This document shows, piece by piece, positions 37,164-49,312 of a stretch of DNA of 64,000 nucleotides; position 1 is the stretch's first letter; every line of letters begins with the position of its first letter. A model generated the notes under the pieces. That model was not told where the DNA came from and ran no database searches. It saw only the letters and a program-made list of their open reading frames with translations. A program made the translations under genes and the position numbers. The stretch is from positions 102,984,001 through 103,048,000 of the forward strand of contig CM059432.1 in NCBI GenBank assembly GCA_030390025.1, read 5' to 3'. The stretch is from Squalus acanthias. Lineage: Eukaryota.

Positions 37164-39160
37164 TACATAGATACATAGATACATAGAAGATAGGAGCAGG
37201 AGTAGGCCATCCGGCCCTTCGAGCCTGCTCCGCCATTTAATGAGATCATGGCTGATCCTCCAATTCAGTATCCCGTCCCCGCCTTCTCTCCGTAACCCTT
37301 AACCCCTTTTGCCTGTAGAAATATATCTAATTCCCTCTTAAATATATTTAATGAGCTGGCGTACACTGCCCTCTGTGGCAATGAGTTCCACAGGTTCACC
37401 ACCCTCTGAGTGAAGAAATTCCCCCTCATTTCTGTCCTAAATAGTTTAGCCCTTATCCTTAAATTATGTCCTCTAGTTCTGTTCTCACCCGCCAAGGGAA
37501 ACATTCCTTCTGCATCTAGTCTGTCTAGACCTGTCAGAATTTTATACACTTCTATGAGGTCCCCTCTCAATCTTCTAAACTCCAGTGTGTACATCCCTAA
37601 ACTACATAGTCTCTCCTCATAGGTCAATCCCGCCATTCCTGGTATCAGCCTGGTGAATCGCCGCTGCACCCCCTCCATGGCAAGAACATCTTTCCTCAGA
37701 TGAGGCGACCAAAACTGTACACAGTACTCGAGGTGTGGTCTCACCAGTGCCCTGTACAGCTGCAGCAAGGTATCCCTGTTCCTGTATTCCAACCCTTTTG
37801 CTATGAAGGCCAGCATACCGTTTGCCTTCTTGATCGCCTGTTGCACCTGCATGCTCGCCTTCAGTGACTGGTGTACAAGAACACCCAGGTCTCTCTGTAC
37901 TTCCCCCTCTCCCAATTTATTGCCATTTAAATAATAATTTGCCCTCCCGTTCCTACACCCAAGGTGGATAACTTCGCACTTGTCCACATTATAGTGCATC
38001 TGCCATTTATCCGCCCAATCACCCAGTCTGTCCAAATCGCTCTGGAGCTTCCTGGTCTCCTCCTCTGAGCCCACCCCCCCTCCTAGTTTAGTGTCGTCTG
38101 CAAATTTGGAAATGCTGCATCCGACTCCCTGATCCAGGTCATTAATGTAAATTGTGAACAGCTGGGGACCCAGGACAGATCCCTGCGGTACCCCACTTGT
38201 TACTGCCTGCCATTCAGAAAATGAGCCGTTTATTCCAACTCTCTGTTTTCTATCTGACAGCCAGTTCTCTATCCACGTCAATACTTTCCCCTTTATCCCA
38301 TGAGCTTCAATTTTCCATGCTAATCTTTTATGTGGGACCTTGTCGAAGGCCTTTTGGAAGTCCAGGTACACCACATCTACTGGCTCTCCCCCATCTATTT
38401 TACCAGTTACTCCCTCAAAAAATTCCAATAGATTAGTCAAGCACGATTTACCCTTTGTAAATCCATGTTGACTCTGTCCTATCCTGTCCCCATTTGCTAA
38501 GTGCTCCGCTATTTCATCCTTAATGATGGACTCCAGCATTTTGCCCACAACTGATGTAAGGCTTACAGGTCTGTAATTACCTGCTTTTTCCCTACCCCCC
38601 TTTTTGAATAGTGGGGTAACGTTAGCTACCCTCCAATCCATGGGCACTGTTCCCGAGTCTAATGAATTCTGAAAAATCATACTTAGTGCATCCGCTATCT
38701 CTAGGGCCACCTCCTTCAGCACCCTAGGATGCATGTTATCAGGCCCTGGGGATTTGTCCGCCTTCAATCCCTTTAGCTTCCTTAACACCATATCCTTAGA
38801 GATATTGACTTGCGTCAGTTCCTCCTTTGCAAATGTCCCTATTTTTCCCGATATCCCAGGGAGGTTTTTTGTGTCTTCCTTCGTAAAGACTGACCCAAAG
38901 TATGCATTTAGTTGGTCTGCCATTTCCTTATTTCCCGTTATATATTCCCCCGTATCTGACTGCAATGGGCCAACTTTGGTTTTCACCAGTCTTTTCCTCT
39001 TGATATACTTATAAAAGCTTTTGGAGTTAGTTTTTATATTTTCCGCCAGCTTGCTTTCATAAGCTATTTTGCCCCTCTTGGTTAAGCCCTTTTTCCTCCT
39101 TTGCTCTATCTTAAACTGGTCCCAATCTTCCGCTCTGGCGCTTTTTTTGGCTATTTTGTT
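37164..39160 (-). mobile_element. Young 5'-truncated CR1 LINE
   Basis: (TATGTATC)n tail on minus strand; unbroken RT ORF. Confidence 0.95.
37265..38986 (-). CDS. CR1 ORF2 reverse transcriptase, uninterrupted 573 aa (endonuclease missing by truncation)
   Basis: NYRPVSL, QHGF, YLDFQKAFD, GVPQGS, FADD, DLGV, RPHLEY, TRGH; no stops or frameshifts. Confidence 0.9.
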   Translation of the reverse strand: MKTKVGPLQSDTGEYITGNKEMADQLNAYFGSVFTKEDTKNLPGISGKIGTFAKEELTQVNISKDMVLRKLKGLKADKSPGPDNMHPRVLKEVALEIADALSMIFQNSLDSGTVPMDWRVANVTPLFKKGGREKAGNYRPVSLTSVVGKMLESIIKDEIAEHLANGDRIGQSQHGFTKGKSCLTNLLEFFEGVTGKIDGGEPVDVVYLDFQKAFDKVPHKRLAWKIEAHGIKGKVLTWIENWLSDRKQRVGINGSFSEWQAVTSGVPQGSVLGPQLFTIYINDLDQGVGCSISKFADDTKLGGGVGSEEETRKLQSDLDRLGDWADKWQMHYNVDKCEVIHLGCRNGRANYYLNGNKLGEGEVQRDLGVLVHQSLKASMQVQQAIKKANGMLAFIAKGLEYRNRDTLLQLYRALVRPHLEYCVQFWSPHLRKDVLAMEGVQRRFTRLIPGMAGLTYEERLCSLGMYTLEFRRLRGDLIEVYKILTGLDRLDAEGMFPLAGENRTRGHNLRIRAKLFRTEMRGNFFTQRVVNLWNSLPQRAVYASSLNIFKRELDIFLQAKGVKGYGEKAGTGY

Positions 39161-39870
39161 TCTGTTGTTTCAAGTGCAGAATGCCTTCATTATTTTTTTA
39201 AGTCTTCTGCTCACAACACTTGCTCACAGTCATGGGGGCTGTACTGGAAGTTGACCTTGTGCTCCAGGATCGTCAACAGAACGAGCGGAGGCAGCGAGGA
39301 AGACAGGAATATGTGTTCAGAGGGAGGAGGAGGCGGGCCAGGAGAGCACTCAACAGGAGGCCTTACCAACCTAGGGTTTTCCGACAGCACTTCTCCTACC
39401 TGCACTTAAGCGAGGAGCAGTGTATTAGGAGGGTACGCTTCACCAAGGAGGTGGTCACAGAACTCTTCCACTTCCTGCAAACAGACATGCAGCCTGAGAG
39501 CAGGGCGACCACGGCTCTCCCAGTGCCAGTCAAGGTCACCGTGGCACTTAATTTCTTCGCCAGCAAATCCTTCCAATCTGCAGCAGGAGACATAGCTAAC
39601 ATCTCAGTTCAGCGTCCGTCACTGTGTCTGGGAGGTCACTGAGGCTCTCTACACCAGGAGAAGGAATTATGTTGTCTTCTCTCTGAGCAGAGAGAAGCAG
39701 GACGAGCATGCATGTGGTTTTGCCAGGATAGCAGACTTACCAGGATATAACAGGATATTAACAGGATAGCGGGTGCCATCAACTGCACACACGTGGCTTT
39801 GTGGGTGCTACATAACAATCCTGAGATCTTCTGTAACCACAAAGGCTACTAGTCACTTAACGTACAGTTG

Positions 39871-40714
39871 GGGCTCGATTTTGTCAATGGGGACGTGATG
39901 GAGGCGGGACTCCCACTTTTTGGGTTGTAGTCCCGCCTCCATCGATTTGTGGCCAACCCACGCTACTTTCCCTTGATTGACCTTGTTAAGCCTGCCCAGC
40001 GGGCTCAGCAGGTCAATTAAGGGACACCTGGATACTGGTGACGTCAGCGATTGACATTTCATCTGTCAAGAGCTTTTGACAGATGATATATCAGCGTTTG
40101 ACAGCTCTGTGAAGCTGTCAAACACTGACAATCTGTCTTCTAACTTGAGTCCTTCTACTCAGACTCAGTTAGAGAGCTCTCCAGACCAGAAAGCAGAGGC
40201 TGCAGCTTTTGACAGTTCAGCGACCATTCTGCTTTCTGTCCCGGTGAGCTGAGGGACTCCCGAGAACTGAAGGGAGGAAGCCTGGAGGAGAAAGTAAAGG
40301 TAAGTAAAACTTATTAAAACACTTTACACACACCAAACACACTTACCTCTGCATTCATGCACCCATCACTCACCTGTACACCAGACATCTCGACCCCTCC
40401 AAGCCCTGCAGACCGACGGTCTGCCTCGCTAACTTGGTGTGGTTTGGAGCCGTCGGGCAGCCCACACTTCAGGGCTAAAAATAGGGATTAGCCAAAAAAC
40501 TGCCTGTTAACTACCTGTTAACAGGCAGTTAATTGGCACTAATCCTCTTCCCGCCTCGGGGAGGCGGCTCCCAGCACAGGTCGGGTACCCGCCTCCTGGG
40601 ACATTGGCATGGAGGCGGGTTGGGGGCGGGATGGGTACGTGCCCCCCGAATCTGCAATTTTCCCACCACTCCCGCCTCCAAACCCACCTCCACGGGGCTT
40701 GGAAATTCAAGCCC
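39871..40714. mobile_element. Harbinger-type MITE inserted in the H4 nuclease
   Basis: TIRs GGGCTCGATTTT / AAATTCAAGCCC; TSD TTG (39868-70, 40715-17); splits NVQL|VCDH. Confidence 0.9.
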
Positions 40715-43479
40715 TTGGTGTGCGACCATGCCCAGCGATTCCTCAATGTCAATACCCACTATCCTGGCAGCAGCCATGATGCCTTCATCCTGCATCAGTC
40801 CGGTGGGCCAGCAATCTTCCAGCCATCACAGCAAACACGAGGGTGACTGCTTGGAGACAAGAAGGGCTCCACCTGGCTTCTGACTCCGCCCCCCCCCGCC
40901 CCCCACCCCCCTCGCCCCCCCCCGAAACCCCAACACTCGTGCCCAGGACTCATATAATGAGAGCCATGCTTCCACCAGGAACATCATCGAGCAGTCCATC
41001 AGGCTACTGAAGCAATGGTTCTGCTGCCTTATCTGCTCGGGAGGAGCCCTCCAGTACTCGATGGAGCGGGTGACCCCTTTCATGGTGGTCTGCTGTATGC
41101 TTCACAACTCGGCCATCATGAGGGTGCAGCCCTTGCCTCCAGGGATTGCGGCACCACCTCATGAGGAGGATGAGCGAGAGGAGGAGGAGGACAAGGAAGC
41201 GGAGGGAGGGAGGAGGCAGGCAGCCAATCGTCCTTTCGGACGGGCTGTACATGAACAGCTCATCAGACTCTGCTTCCAATGAATGAAACCCCAAATCCCC
41301 GTTGCTCACCACAGCCCCATTATACCATCCCTCTGTCACGGAACATCACAAAGCTGAAATGAGAGACACCACAAAAGATTCCAAACAAAATTAATAAATT
41401 TATCAAAAATCAATTCACACATATTTACAGGAAAAATATTAATTAATCACCCTTGTGCAATCCCTTAGTGCCTCTCGTTCGGGTGCCTTTTCCTATGTAG
41501 GGCTCCTACAACGTGCTCCCCCAGTGGCTGCAGCAGGGCTGGTGGAAGGCAGCTCAGTTTCCATGCGGGAGACTTCAGATGGTCTTGCAGGAAGACCTCA
41601 AGCAGCTCTGGCCCTAGAAGGCCCAGCTGTAGACTGTACCACCTCAGTATGGGCAGCAACAGTCTGGGCGGGCTGGCTGGCTGACAGACAGCGGCAAGGG
41701 CAATGGTGGAGTGGCAGAGGTGGGAACAGTAATACTGTCATCTAGAGAGAGGACAGCAGGGTCCTCCTTCACTGACCCACTGCCATTCCCCCAGTGCGAC
41801 GCCTCAGCATTCCTAGCAATCTGTTGGAGCACAGATTGCTGGCCTGCTGCGACACCCTCCAAGACCCGGCCAACAGTGATAAACCCAGCCACAATGGCAG
41901 CAGTCAGAGCTTGGGTGGCTTCAAGCTGAGACTGCCTGAGAGCAGTCTGAACTTTGGTGGCTTCAAGCTGAGACTGCCTGAGAGCAGTCTGAGTTTCAAT
42001 GGCACCAAGCAGAGACTACACAAGAGCAGGCTGAGCTTTTGCTCCAGCACTAAGATGTTTGGTCACTTCCACCTGTGCTGCAATGGAAGTTGCGACATCG
42101 CCCATCATGCGCACCATCATGTCTGGGTTGACACGATCTCTTTGTGAGTGTACCATCATTTCCGACTGGAAATCCTGAACACCATGCTCTGCGCAGAGCC
42201 CCATGCAATGTTGGAGGCGGACTCCTCCATGCTCCTTGACATTGCCGAGATGCCCTCTGGCAGGCTTGCCGTAGCATCCATCAATTCGGTGTGCATGCCC
42301 AACACACTTCTTCTGAAGTCCGCCCCATTGAGATCCTCATCTGAATCCTGTGCAGCAGAACTCGCGCGCAAACTCACCATCCGGGAAGCTGGCCCCAAGT
42401 TACCCTTTCCCCCGGTCTTGCTGCAGCCTACTCATGCCCGGTGCCTCACCCTGTGCAGATCCCGCTTCTACACTAGCCTCTAAAGTACGCGTAGTGCCAG
42501 TTTCTGAGCTGGTGTCTGCGAGTGACAGATGCAGTGATGCGGTGTCTTCTTCCTCCTCTTCTTCTCCCCCCTCGCTCTCTTCGATGACATCGGGGACAGG
42601 CTGCTCGGGTGCTTGTTGATTATCGGAAAGCAGAAAGGCACAAGAGTCGGGTTATGGTGAGGGGAGGCTGGGTGGAAAGCCAGAAATGCATGCATACAGC
42701 ATCAGTAGCTTGAAAGTGAGAAACGATTGTGGGCTGAGGGGTAAGTGGGATGTGAGAAGAAGGATTAGGAATGAACATAACGTTGTGGTCCCCAAGGGGT
42801 TGGACATCGCTGGTTTCCATGGCCTCCATGATCTGGCGCCCAATTAGCTGGAGAACTCGCTTCTCCAGGTGGCTGAAGTTCTGTGTTTCAGCCTGGCCCC
42901 CGCCTGTCTGCTGCTGCTCCTCGTGATTATGTGCCAGCTTGGCCTGTAAGAGAAAGTGAAGTGTGTGAGTGAATGTAATGCAATGTGTTTGGGTGATGTG
43001 CCTGCCACAGTTGAATAGCTGTCAGTGTGTGCAAGGTGTGAGATGTGGGTGTGAGTGCTGCAGCAGTGGTAAAGTTGTGAGGGTGAAGTGAAGCCATGAT
43101 TGTGAGGTGTGAGTGGTAATAGGTAGAGATTGTTGGGTAGGTGAGTGTTGGGGGTATGATGCATTGAGCAGTGTGTGAGGCTTGTGGTGCAGATAGTGGG
43201 ATATGGCATTTGCTTACCTTGACCACCCATGTGAGGTCATTAAACTTCTTCCTGCACTGGATGGCAGACCATATATCTCCAGACCTTCGTCGGAGAACCT
43301 CCTGGCTCTCTCCCTGGTATGACAATCTGCCATTTCTATGTATCCACAACTCTTGCTTCTGTTGGCAGCTGGCTGCTGGTTATGGATGGGTGCCTTCTGT
43401 TGATTGGCTGATGTGGCTTGCTGGCTGGCTTCTGTTTACTGGTGATGGCTAGCTGGTTTCTGGTGGCTGGCTGCCAGTG

Positions 43480-43665
43480 ATACTTGGCTGTGGTTTGATT
43501 GGCTGAAGGTGATGGATGACTGTGATTTGATTGGCTGAAGGTGATAACTGGCTATGGTTTGATTGGCTGAAGACTGTAGCTGACTATGGTTTTATTGGCT
43601 GAAGGTTAAGACTGGCTGTGGTTTGATTGGCTGAAAGTAGTATCTGCCTGTGGTTTGGCTGACTA
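43480..43665. repeat. 32-bp tandem repeat, five units carrying ATTGG/CCAAT
   Basis: (G/T)ATTGGCTGAA at 43497, 43529, 43561, 43593, 43625. Confidence 0.85.
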
Positions 43666-44396
43666 GCTTCTTTGTTCTATATGGCTCAGCTACTCACTAG
43701 ATAAAATCAGATGAGCTTGTTTTGTGTGCTTAATTGTGTGGTGTGTTTTGTGTGGTGTGTTATCTATACATAAGAAAATGTGTACTTCAAGACACCAAAA
43801 AATGCAACAAATATATTGTTGGGGGGAGGGGCAAACTCCCAGATCCCTTACAAAGAAACTCTTAACCATGTTGTACTGTATACTCACTTCTAAAATTGCC
43901 ACTATATTACTGGAAATTACCTAGCTATAGAAACTAAAATCTGATGTCCAATCTACTGTTATGCAATCACACAGTCATTTCTCTTCTACCAAGACAGTTA
44001 CTCTGTTCTAGTTGCCGGAACTCTTACATTGTCCTTGTTTCACAGTTCTAATTGGTAATGACAACTGTATTCGCCTTTGTGGTACCCTTGTCATGCTTCT
44101 CTCCTTTAATCTCAGCAGGACTAGTTGGGTGTCTATGTTAGTTCTTACTGATCCATCTGGCGGTTCTTCAAGACGGATTTAGCTACAAACTTCAGCACTG
44201 TTCCTTATGCTGCTTTCCCTCATATGACTACTTTTGTTGACCTTGCTGAGTATACTTATGGTTGTCAGATTACCTGCTGATCCTGTTTCCTTTTTGCCAC
44301 CAAGCTAATCCTCACTGAAAATAACATTATTGGAGGTTTGGAAGTGTAAACAACTGGGAAGCAAAACTAATGCATTTTTGTCAACAGCTCCCCCTG

Positions 44397-44770
44397 TAAC
44401 AACAACAACGTGCATTTATGTAGCTCCTTTAATGTAGTAAAACATCCCAAGGTGCTTTACAGGAGTGTTATCAGACAATATTGGACTCTGAGCCACATAA
44501 GGAGATATTAGGACAGGTGACCAAAAGCTTGGTCAAAGAGGTAGGTTTTAAGGAGCATCTTAAAGGAGGAGAGAGAGGTGGAGAGGTTTGGGGATGGAAT
44601 TCCAGAGCTTGGGGCCTAGACAGCTGATGGTGGGGTGAAAGAAATCAGAGATGCACAAGAGGCCAAAATTGGATGAATGCAGAGTTCTCGGAGAGTTGTA
44701 GGGCTGGAGGGGGTTACAGAGATAGGGAGGGGTGAGGCCATTGAGGGATTTGAACACAAGGATGAGAATA
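44397..44770 (-). mobile_element. L2-like LINE 3' end
   Basis: FKSLNGLTPPYL...LGPKLWNSIP; (GTT)n tail. Confidence 0.8.
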
Positions 44771-45039
44771 TAATCCTCCCAGCTTGTCTTCTATGTTGTA
44801 AATATGTAGTGAAACCAAATTCTTAAATACATAAATTCAAAGTGCTAACCTGTGATATGTTTTTCCCCACTGCCAACTTTTTCACCTCCTTTCTGAAACC
44901 ACTGATTTATGCTCGTTATAGTTCCTTTGGTACATGCAATCTCTCAGTACCTCACCAAGTACCTGAGACTAGATAATGGTAGTTTCCAGCCGATGCCACT
45001 GTCAACACAGCCAAGTTTGATCCCGTTCTCATTCATGCA

Positions 45040-45319
45040 CAATGCTCCTCCAATTCTGGCCTCTTGTGCATCCCCGAATTTCATTGCTCCACCATTGGCA
45101 GCCGTGCCTTCAGCTGCCGAGGCCCTAAGCTCCGGAATTCCCTTTCTAAACTTTTCTGCCTCTCTGTTCTCCTTTAAGACGATCTTTAAAACCTACCTTA
45201 CCTGTCCTAATATTTCCTTATGAGGCTAGGTGTCAAATTTTATTTGATAACACTCCTGGAAAGGGCCTTGGGACGTTTTACTACATTAAAGGTGCTATAT
45301 GAATGCAAGTTGTTGTTGT
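45040..45319 (+). mobile_element. L2-like LINE 3' end, inverted relative to 44397-44770
   Basis: GGCCCTAAGCTCCGGAATTCCC ... GCTATATGAATGCAAGTTGTTGTTG. Confidence 0.8.
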
Positions 45320-45327
45320 ATAGTGAT

Positions 45328-45490
45328 AAGCAACAGGATCTTTGGCAAATCTTTGTATCTCCCTAGGCCAGGGACATGAGGCTAATTATAGGACCCATAC
45401 TGTTGAGATCACTTAATTCAGCACAAAACAGAAGTTGAACCTGCAACTATATGGCTCAGTACCACATTATGTGGTGCACTGAGCTGTCGA
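45328..45490 (-). mobile_element. LF-SINE-like 5' fragment
   Basis: Minus strand GTGGTACTGAGCC..GGTTCAA..TGTGCTGAATTAAGTGATCTCA..ATAATTAGCCTCA..CCCTGGCCTAGGGAG resembles the LF-SINE head (from memory). Confidence 0.5.
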
Positions 45491-45663
45491 GAGATCTTAA
45501 AATATTAAGTTATAAGACATTCGCAGACAATTAGTTTTATTGTTGACTTCTTGTGTTTCATTGCTCCAGCTATTTTAATGGTTCCCTACTGTTAGAACAA
45601 TAGTGGTAGTACTTTCCATTGTTCCATGAGCATCTGCATTGATTTAAGTGTCATATAAACAAT

Positions 45664-46422
45664 GGGCCAGATATTCCGATCCCTACGGGTGGGTCTGCGC
45701 TGTGTACTCACCCGTAGGGACATTGGAAATACCGGTTTCAGGCATGCACAGCGCATGCGCTGAAAACCAGCATTTCCAATCTGTCAAGAATCCTCTTGAC
45801 AGATCCTCTGGCTGCCCTGGAGCAGGGCCTCTGCAGGTGGAGAGTTCTGCTTTTTGGAGACCCTCCGCCCGCAGAAGACCCTTACAATTCTTGCGCCTGG
45901 TAAAAGCAGGGCGCCTGCTTTTACCAGGATAAGAGTAGAAAAAAGTAAAAAAAAAATGTTTTCACTGATTTATCATTTAAAAATACTTTTAAAAAAAAGG
46001 TAAGTTTATTTTTGGCCCTGTAAAATACTTTAATTATTTTTTTGAAAAAATTAAATTTTTGTTTAAAATACTTAATTTATTGTAATTTCAAGTCATTTTA
46101 AAAATTTGATTTTTTTTTTTGGAAATTTATTTAAAGTTTTACTATGTTTTTTCATTGATCTCCATTCATATATTTGACAGGTCTTCCTGTCAAATGTATG
46201 AAGGGAGATTCCCTTCTTTGATTGGCTCCCCATGGCCCACGTGATCCCAGGGACGCTGCGAACCACCTACACCTCTGGGATATGTGGGCCCTGCGCACCG
46301 GCAGTTTGGAGAGGCCCAGCAATGGAACTGTGCGCGTCCTGGGAGCCCTCAGGTAAGGGCGCAGATTTTTCCAGATCGCAGGCCTCCGCCCGCGGGAGGC
46401 CTGCGATCGGAAAATACGGGCC
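45664..46422 (-). mobile_element. Harbinger-type MITE (related to family A)
   Basis: TIRs GGGCCAGATATTCCGATC / GATCGGAAAATACGGGCC; TSD AAT. Confidence 0.85.
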
Positions 46423-47782
46423 AATATAATTAATTCCAGTGGGAAACTGCATTACTCTGAGTGAAATACCTCCATGAAAAGCCATAAAGGTAGCATTGGG
46501 CCAGATTTATACATTGATGAGGGCAATTTCTTCTGTGAGTGATAATAGAATAAGGTGTGAAAAAATCAAACTGTGTAGGTACCCATGTGAAGGATCGACA
46601 CAGGAGTCCCATAAGACATATGGAGAAAACTACATATTTCCTTGGTTCCCAGGGACAATAAGATGATTTTTTTTCTGCACTAAGTCCTAAAGCGTAGCCA
46701 GACTGTAACTAACCTTCACCTGTATCGGAGAAAGGGAGAAAGAATGTAGGGAATGATTTTCACTGTTTGCTGCTTAAAGTGTTCTTCATCAACACATTTA
46801 CAGTTTTGCTATAAATAATGAACTGGATGATGTGCTTCCAGGAGTGCCAAGTGTAAAAAAAATTACTGAATTAACAAAGTGACTGAATAATGGATTTTTT
46901 ATGCTGAAACCTATAAAACTTGGAATAATTTTAAACCAACTAAAGAACTTCATTTCTTTGTCTTTGCAGGGATGTAAATTGTTTAAAGAAGACATAACTT
47001 AGTGGAACAAAGAACATTTCTTTCATTTGTATCATAGAATCATAGAAAGTTACAGCACGGAAGGAGGCCATTTCGGCCCATCGTGTCCGTGCCGGCCATC
47101 AAAGAGGTATCCAGCCTAATCCCACTTCCCAGCTCTTGGTCCATAGCCCTGCAGGTTACAGCATCCCAAGTGCACATCCAAGTACTTTTTAAATGTGGTT
47201 AGGGTTCCTGCCTCTACCACCCTTTCAGGCAGTGAGTTCCAGACCCCCACAACCCTCTGGGTGAAGAAATTTCCCCTCAAATCCCCTCTAAACCTTCCAC
47301 CAATTACTTTAAATCTGTGCATCCTGGTTTTTGACCCCTCTGCTAAGGGAAATAGGTCCTTTCTATCCACTTTATCTATGCCACTCATAATTTTATACAC
47401 CTCAATAAGATCTCCCCTCAGCCTCCTCTGTTCCAAGGAAAACAAACCCAGCCTATCCAGTCTTTCCTCATAGCTAAGATTCTCTACCCCCAGCAACATC
47501 CTTGTAAATCTCCTCTGTACCCTCTCTAGTGCAATCACATCTTTCCTGTAATGTGGTGACCGGAACTGCATGCAGTACTCTAGCTGAGGCCTAACTAGTG
47601 TTTTATACAGTTGAAGCATAACCCCCCTGCTCTTGTATTCTATGCCACGGCTAATAAAGGCAAGCATTCTGTATGCCTTCTTAACCACCTTATCTACCTG
47701 GCTTGCTACCTTCAGGGATCTGTGGACATGCACTCCAAGGTCCCTTTGTTGCTCTACACTACTCAGTGTCCTACCATTTAAT

Positions 47783-49312
47783 GGCCCAAAAATTCAGCCC
47801 TTCCCGCATGAGTACACAGTGTGTACTCACCCGTATTCATTCCCGAAGTGCCGGTTTCCTGCATGCACTGCGCATGCGCGGGAAACCGGAACTTCCGGTA
47901 TGGTGAAGGGGGCGGTTCCTAGGTGAACCGCGTGCGCGCTAGAGGCTGCGCGTACGCAGCACACTTAGATTTTTTTTCAGGTTTCTACGCGAGGGTAAGT
48001 ATTGAAGATTCTACGCTAATAAAAAGGAGGCGTAAGACCCCTTTTGAACAAAGTAAGTGGTTAATTAAGTATAATTTTAAAATTTTTTCAACAGGTTTAT
48101 CTTTTTTAGAGACTTTAAAGAAAGGTAAGTTTATTTTTATAACTTTTAAAAAGTATTTTAATTTTTTCAAAAATTTAAATTTTTGTTTAAAGTGGTTCAT
48201 TTATTTAACGATAGTTATTTTATAAATGTGATGGTTTTTTAAAAATTTATTTTAAGTTTAGCTGTTCTTTTGGGGCCGATTTCAATTCACAGATTTGACA
48301 GGTCTCCTGTCAAATCTATGAATGAAAGATGGTCTGCTGCCATTGGCTCTCCATGGCCCACGTGATCCCAGGGGTCGCATCGCATTAACTGCGCCCCTGG
48401 GACACGCACACACTGCTCGCCGGCACTAGGGAGAGGGCCAGGAACTGAAGTTCGTGTGGGCCCAAAACACAATGGCCCAGAAATTAAACATGAATGGTTC
48501 CCGCGGGGGTCAGGATTCCTCGCGATATCGCACTCCGCGCCTACCTTTTTGTTTGGGGCCCACACGAACTTTAGTTTCAGAGCCTCTTCTTGTTGCAACC
48601 GTGCAGTGTGTGCGTATCCCAGAGGCGCAATTAGTTCATGCGAGCTCTGGGATCACGTGATTCAGTTAGAGCCAATGGCAGCACACCATCTTTCATTCAT
48701 AGTTTTGACGGCAAGAGCTGTCAAAGCTATGAATACTACAAACCCCCAAAAGAACAGCTAAACCTCAATTAAATTGAAAAAAAAGGCCATCACATTAATA
48801 AAATAAGTATAGTTAAATAAATTAACCACTTTAAATAAAAAATTTAATTTTTGAAAAATTTTTAAATCTTTTTAAAAGTTATAAAAATAAACTTACCTTT
48901 CTTTAAAGTCTCTAAAAAAGATAAACCTGTTGAAAAAAATTTAAAATAACACTTAATTAACTACTTACCTTGTTAAAAGGGCGTCCTATGCCTGCTTTCT
49001 TTATGTGTAAAATCTTCACCACTTACCTGCGCGTTCAAAGCTGAAAAAAAACTAAGTGCACTGCGTGCGCACAACCTGTAGCGCGCACACGGTTCACTTA
49101 GGAACCACCCCCTTTTCAATTCACGAAGTGCCGGTTTCCCGCGCATGCGCAGTGCATGCAGGAAACCGGCAATTTGGGATCTAATACGCGAGAGTACACA
49201 GTGCATACTCTCGCGTATTAGGTTTAATTTTCGGGCCAATGGCAGGCGCGGTAGGTAAGAGTGCGCGCGATCCTTACCCCCGCGACAAGCCGGCCACGCG
49301 AATTTCTATGCC
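47783..49312 (-). mobile_element. Family A MITE inserted in CR1 RT
   Basis: GGCCCAAAAATTC...GAATTTCTATGCC; flanks AAT/ATT; CR1 resumes. Confidence 0.85.
48474..49237 (+). mobile_element. Family A MITE nested in opposite orientation within 47783-49312
   Basis: TIRs GGCCCAGAAATTAAAC / GTTTAATTTTCGGGCC; TSD AAT (48471-73, 49238-40). Confidence 0.9.

Larger units (their letters stand above)
36880..43340. mobile_element. Harbinger transposon H4 (nuclease + 39232-41283; Myb - 43333-41447) with CR1 and MITE inserts
   Basis: LSEEQCIRRVRF, VKVTVALNFFA, GAINCTH, PGSSHDAF, VVCCMLHN; Myb ARRFSD..QCRKKFNDL; termini not resolved. Confidence 0.85.

Noticed and set aside
41914..41992. 42-bp tandem duplication in the H4 Myb exon
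   Set aside because: Simple local slippage in a pseudogene
46803..46885. Protein-like stretch FAINNELDDVLPGVPS after an AG
   Set aside because: No convincing donor, early stop, unrecognised
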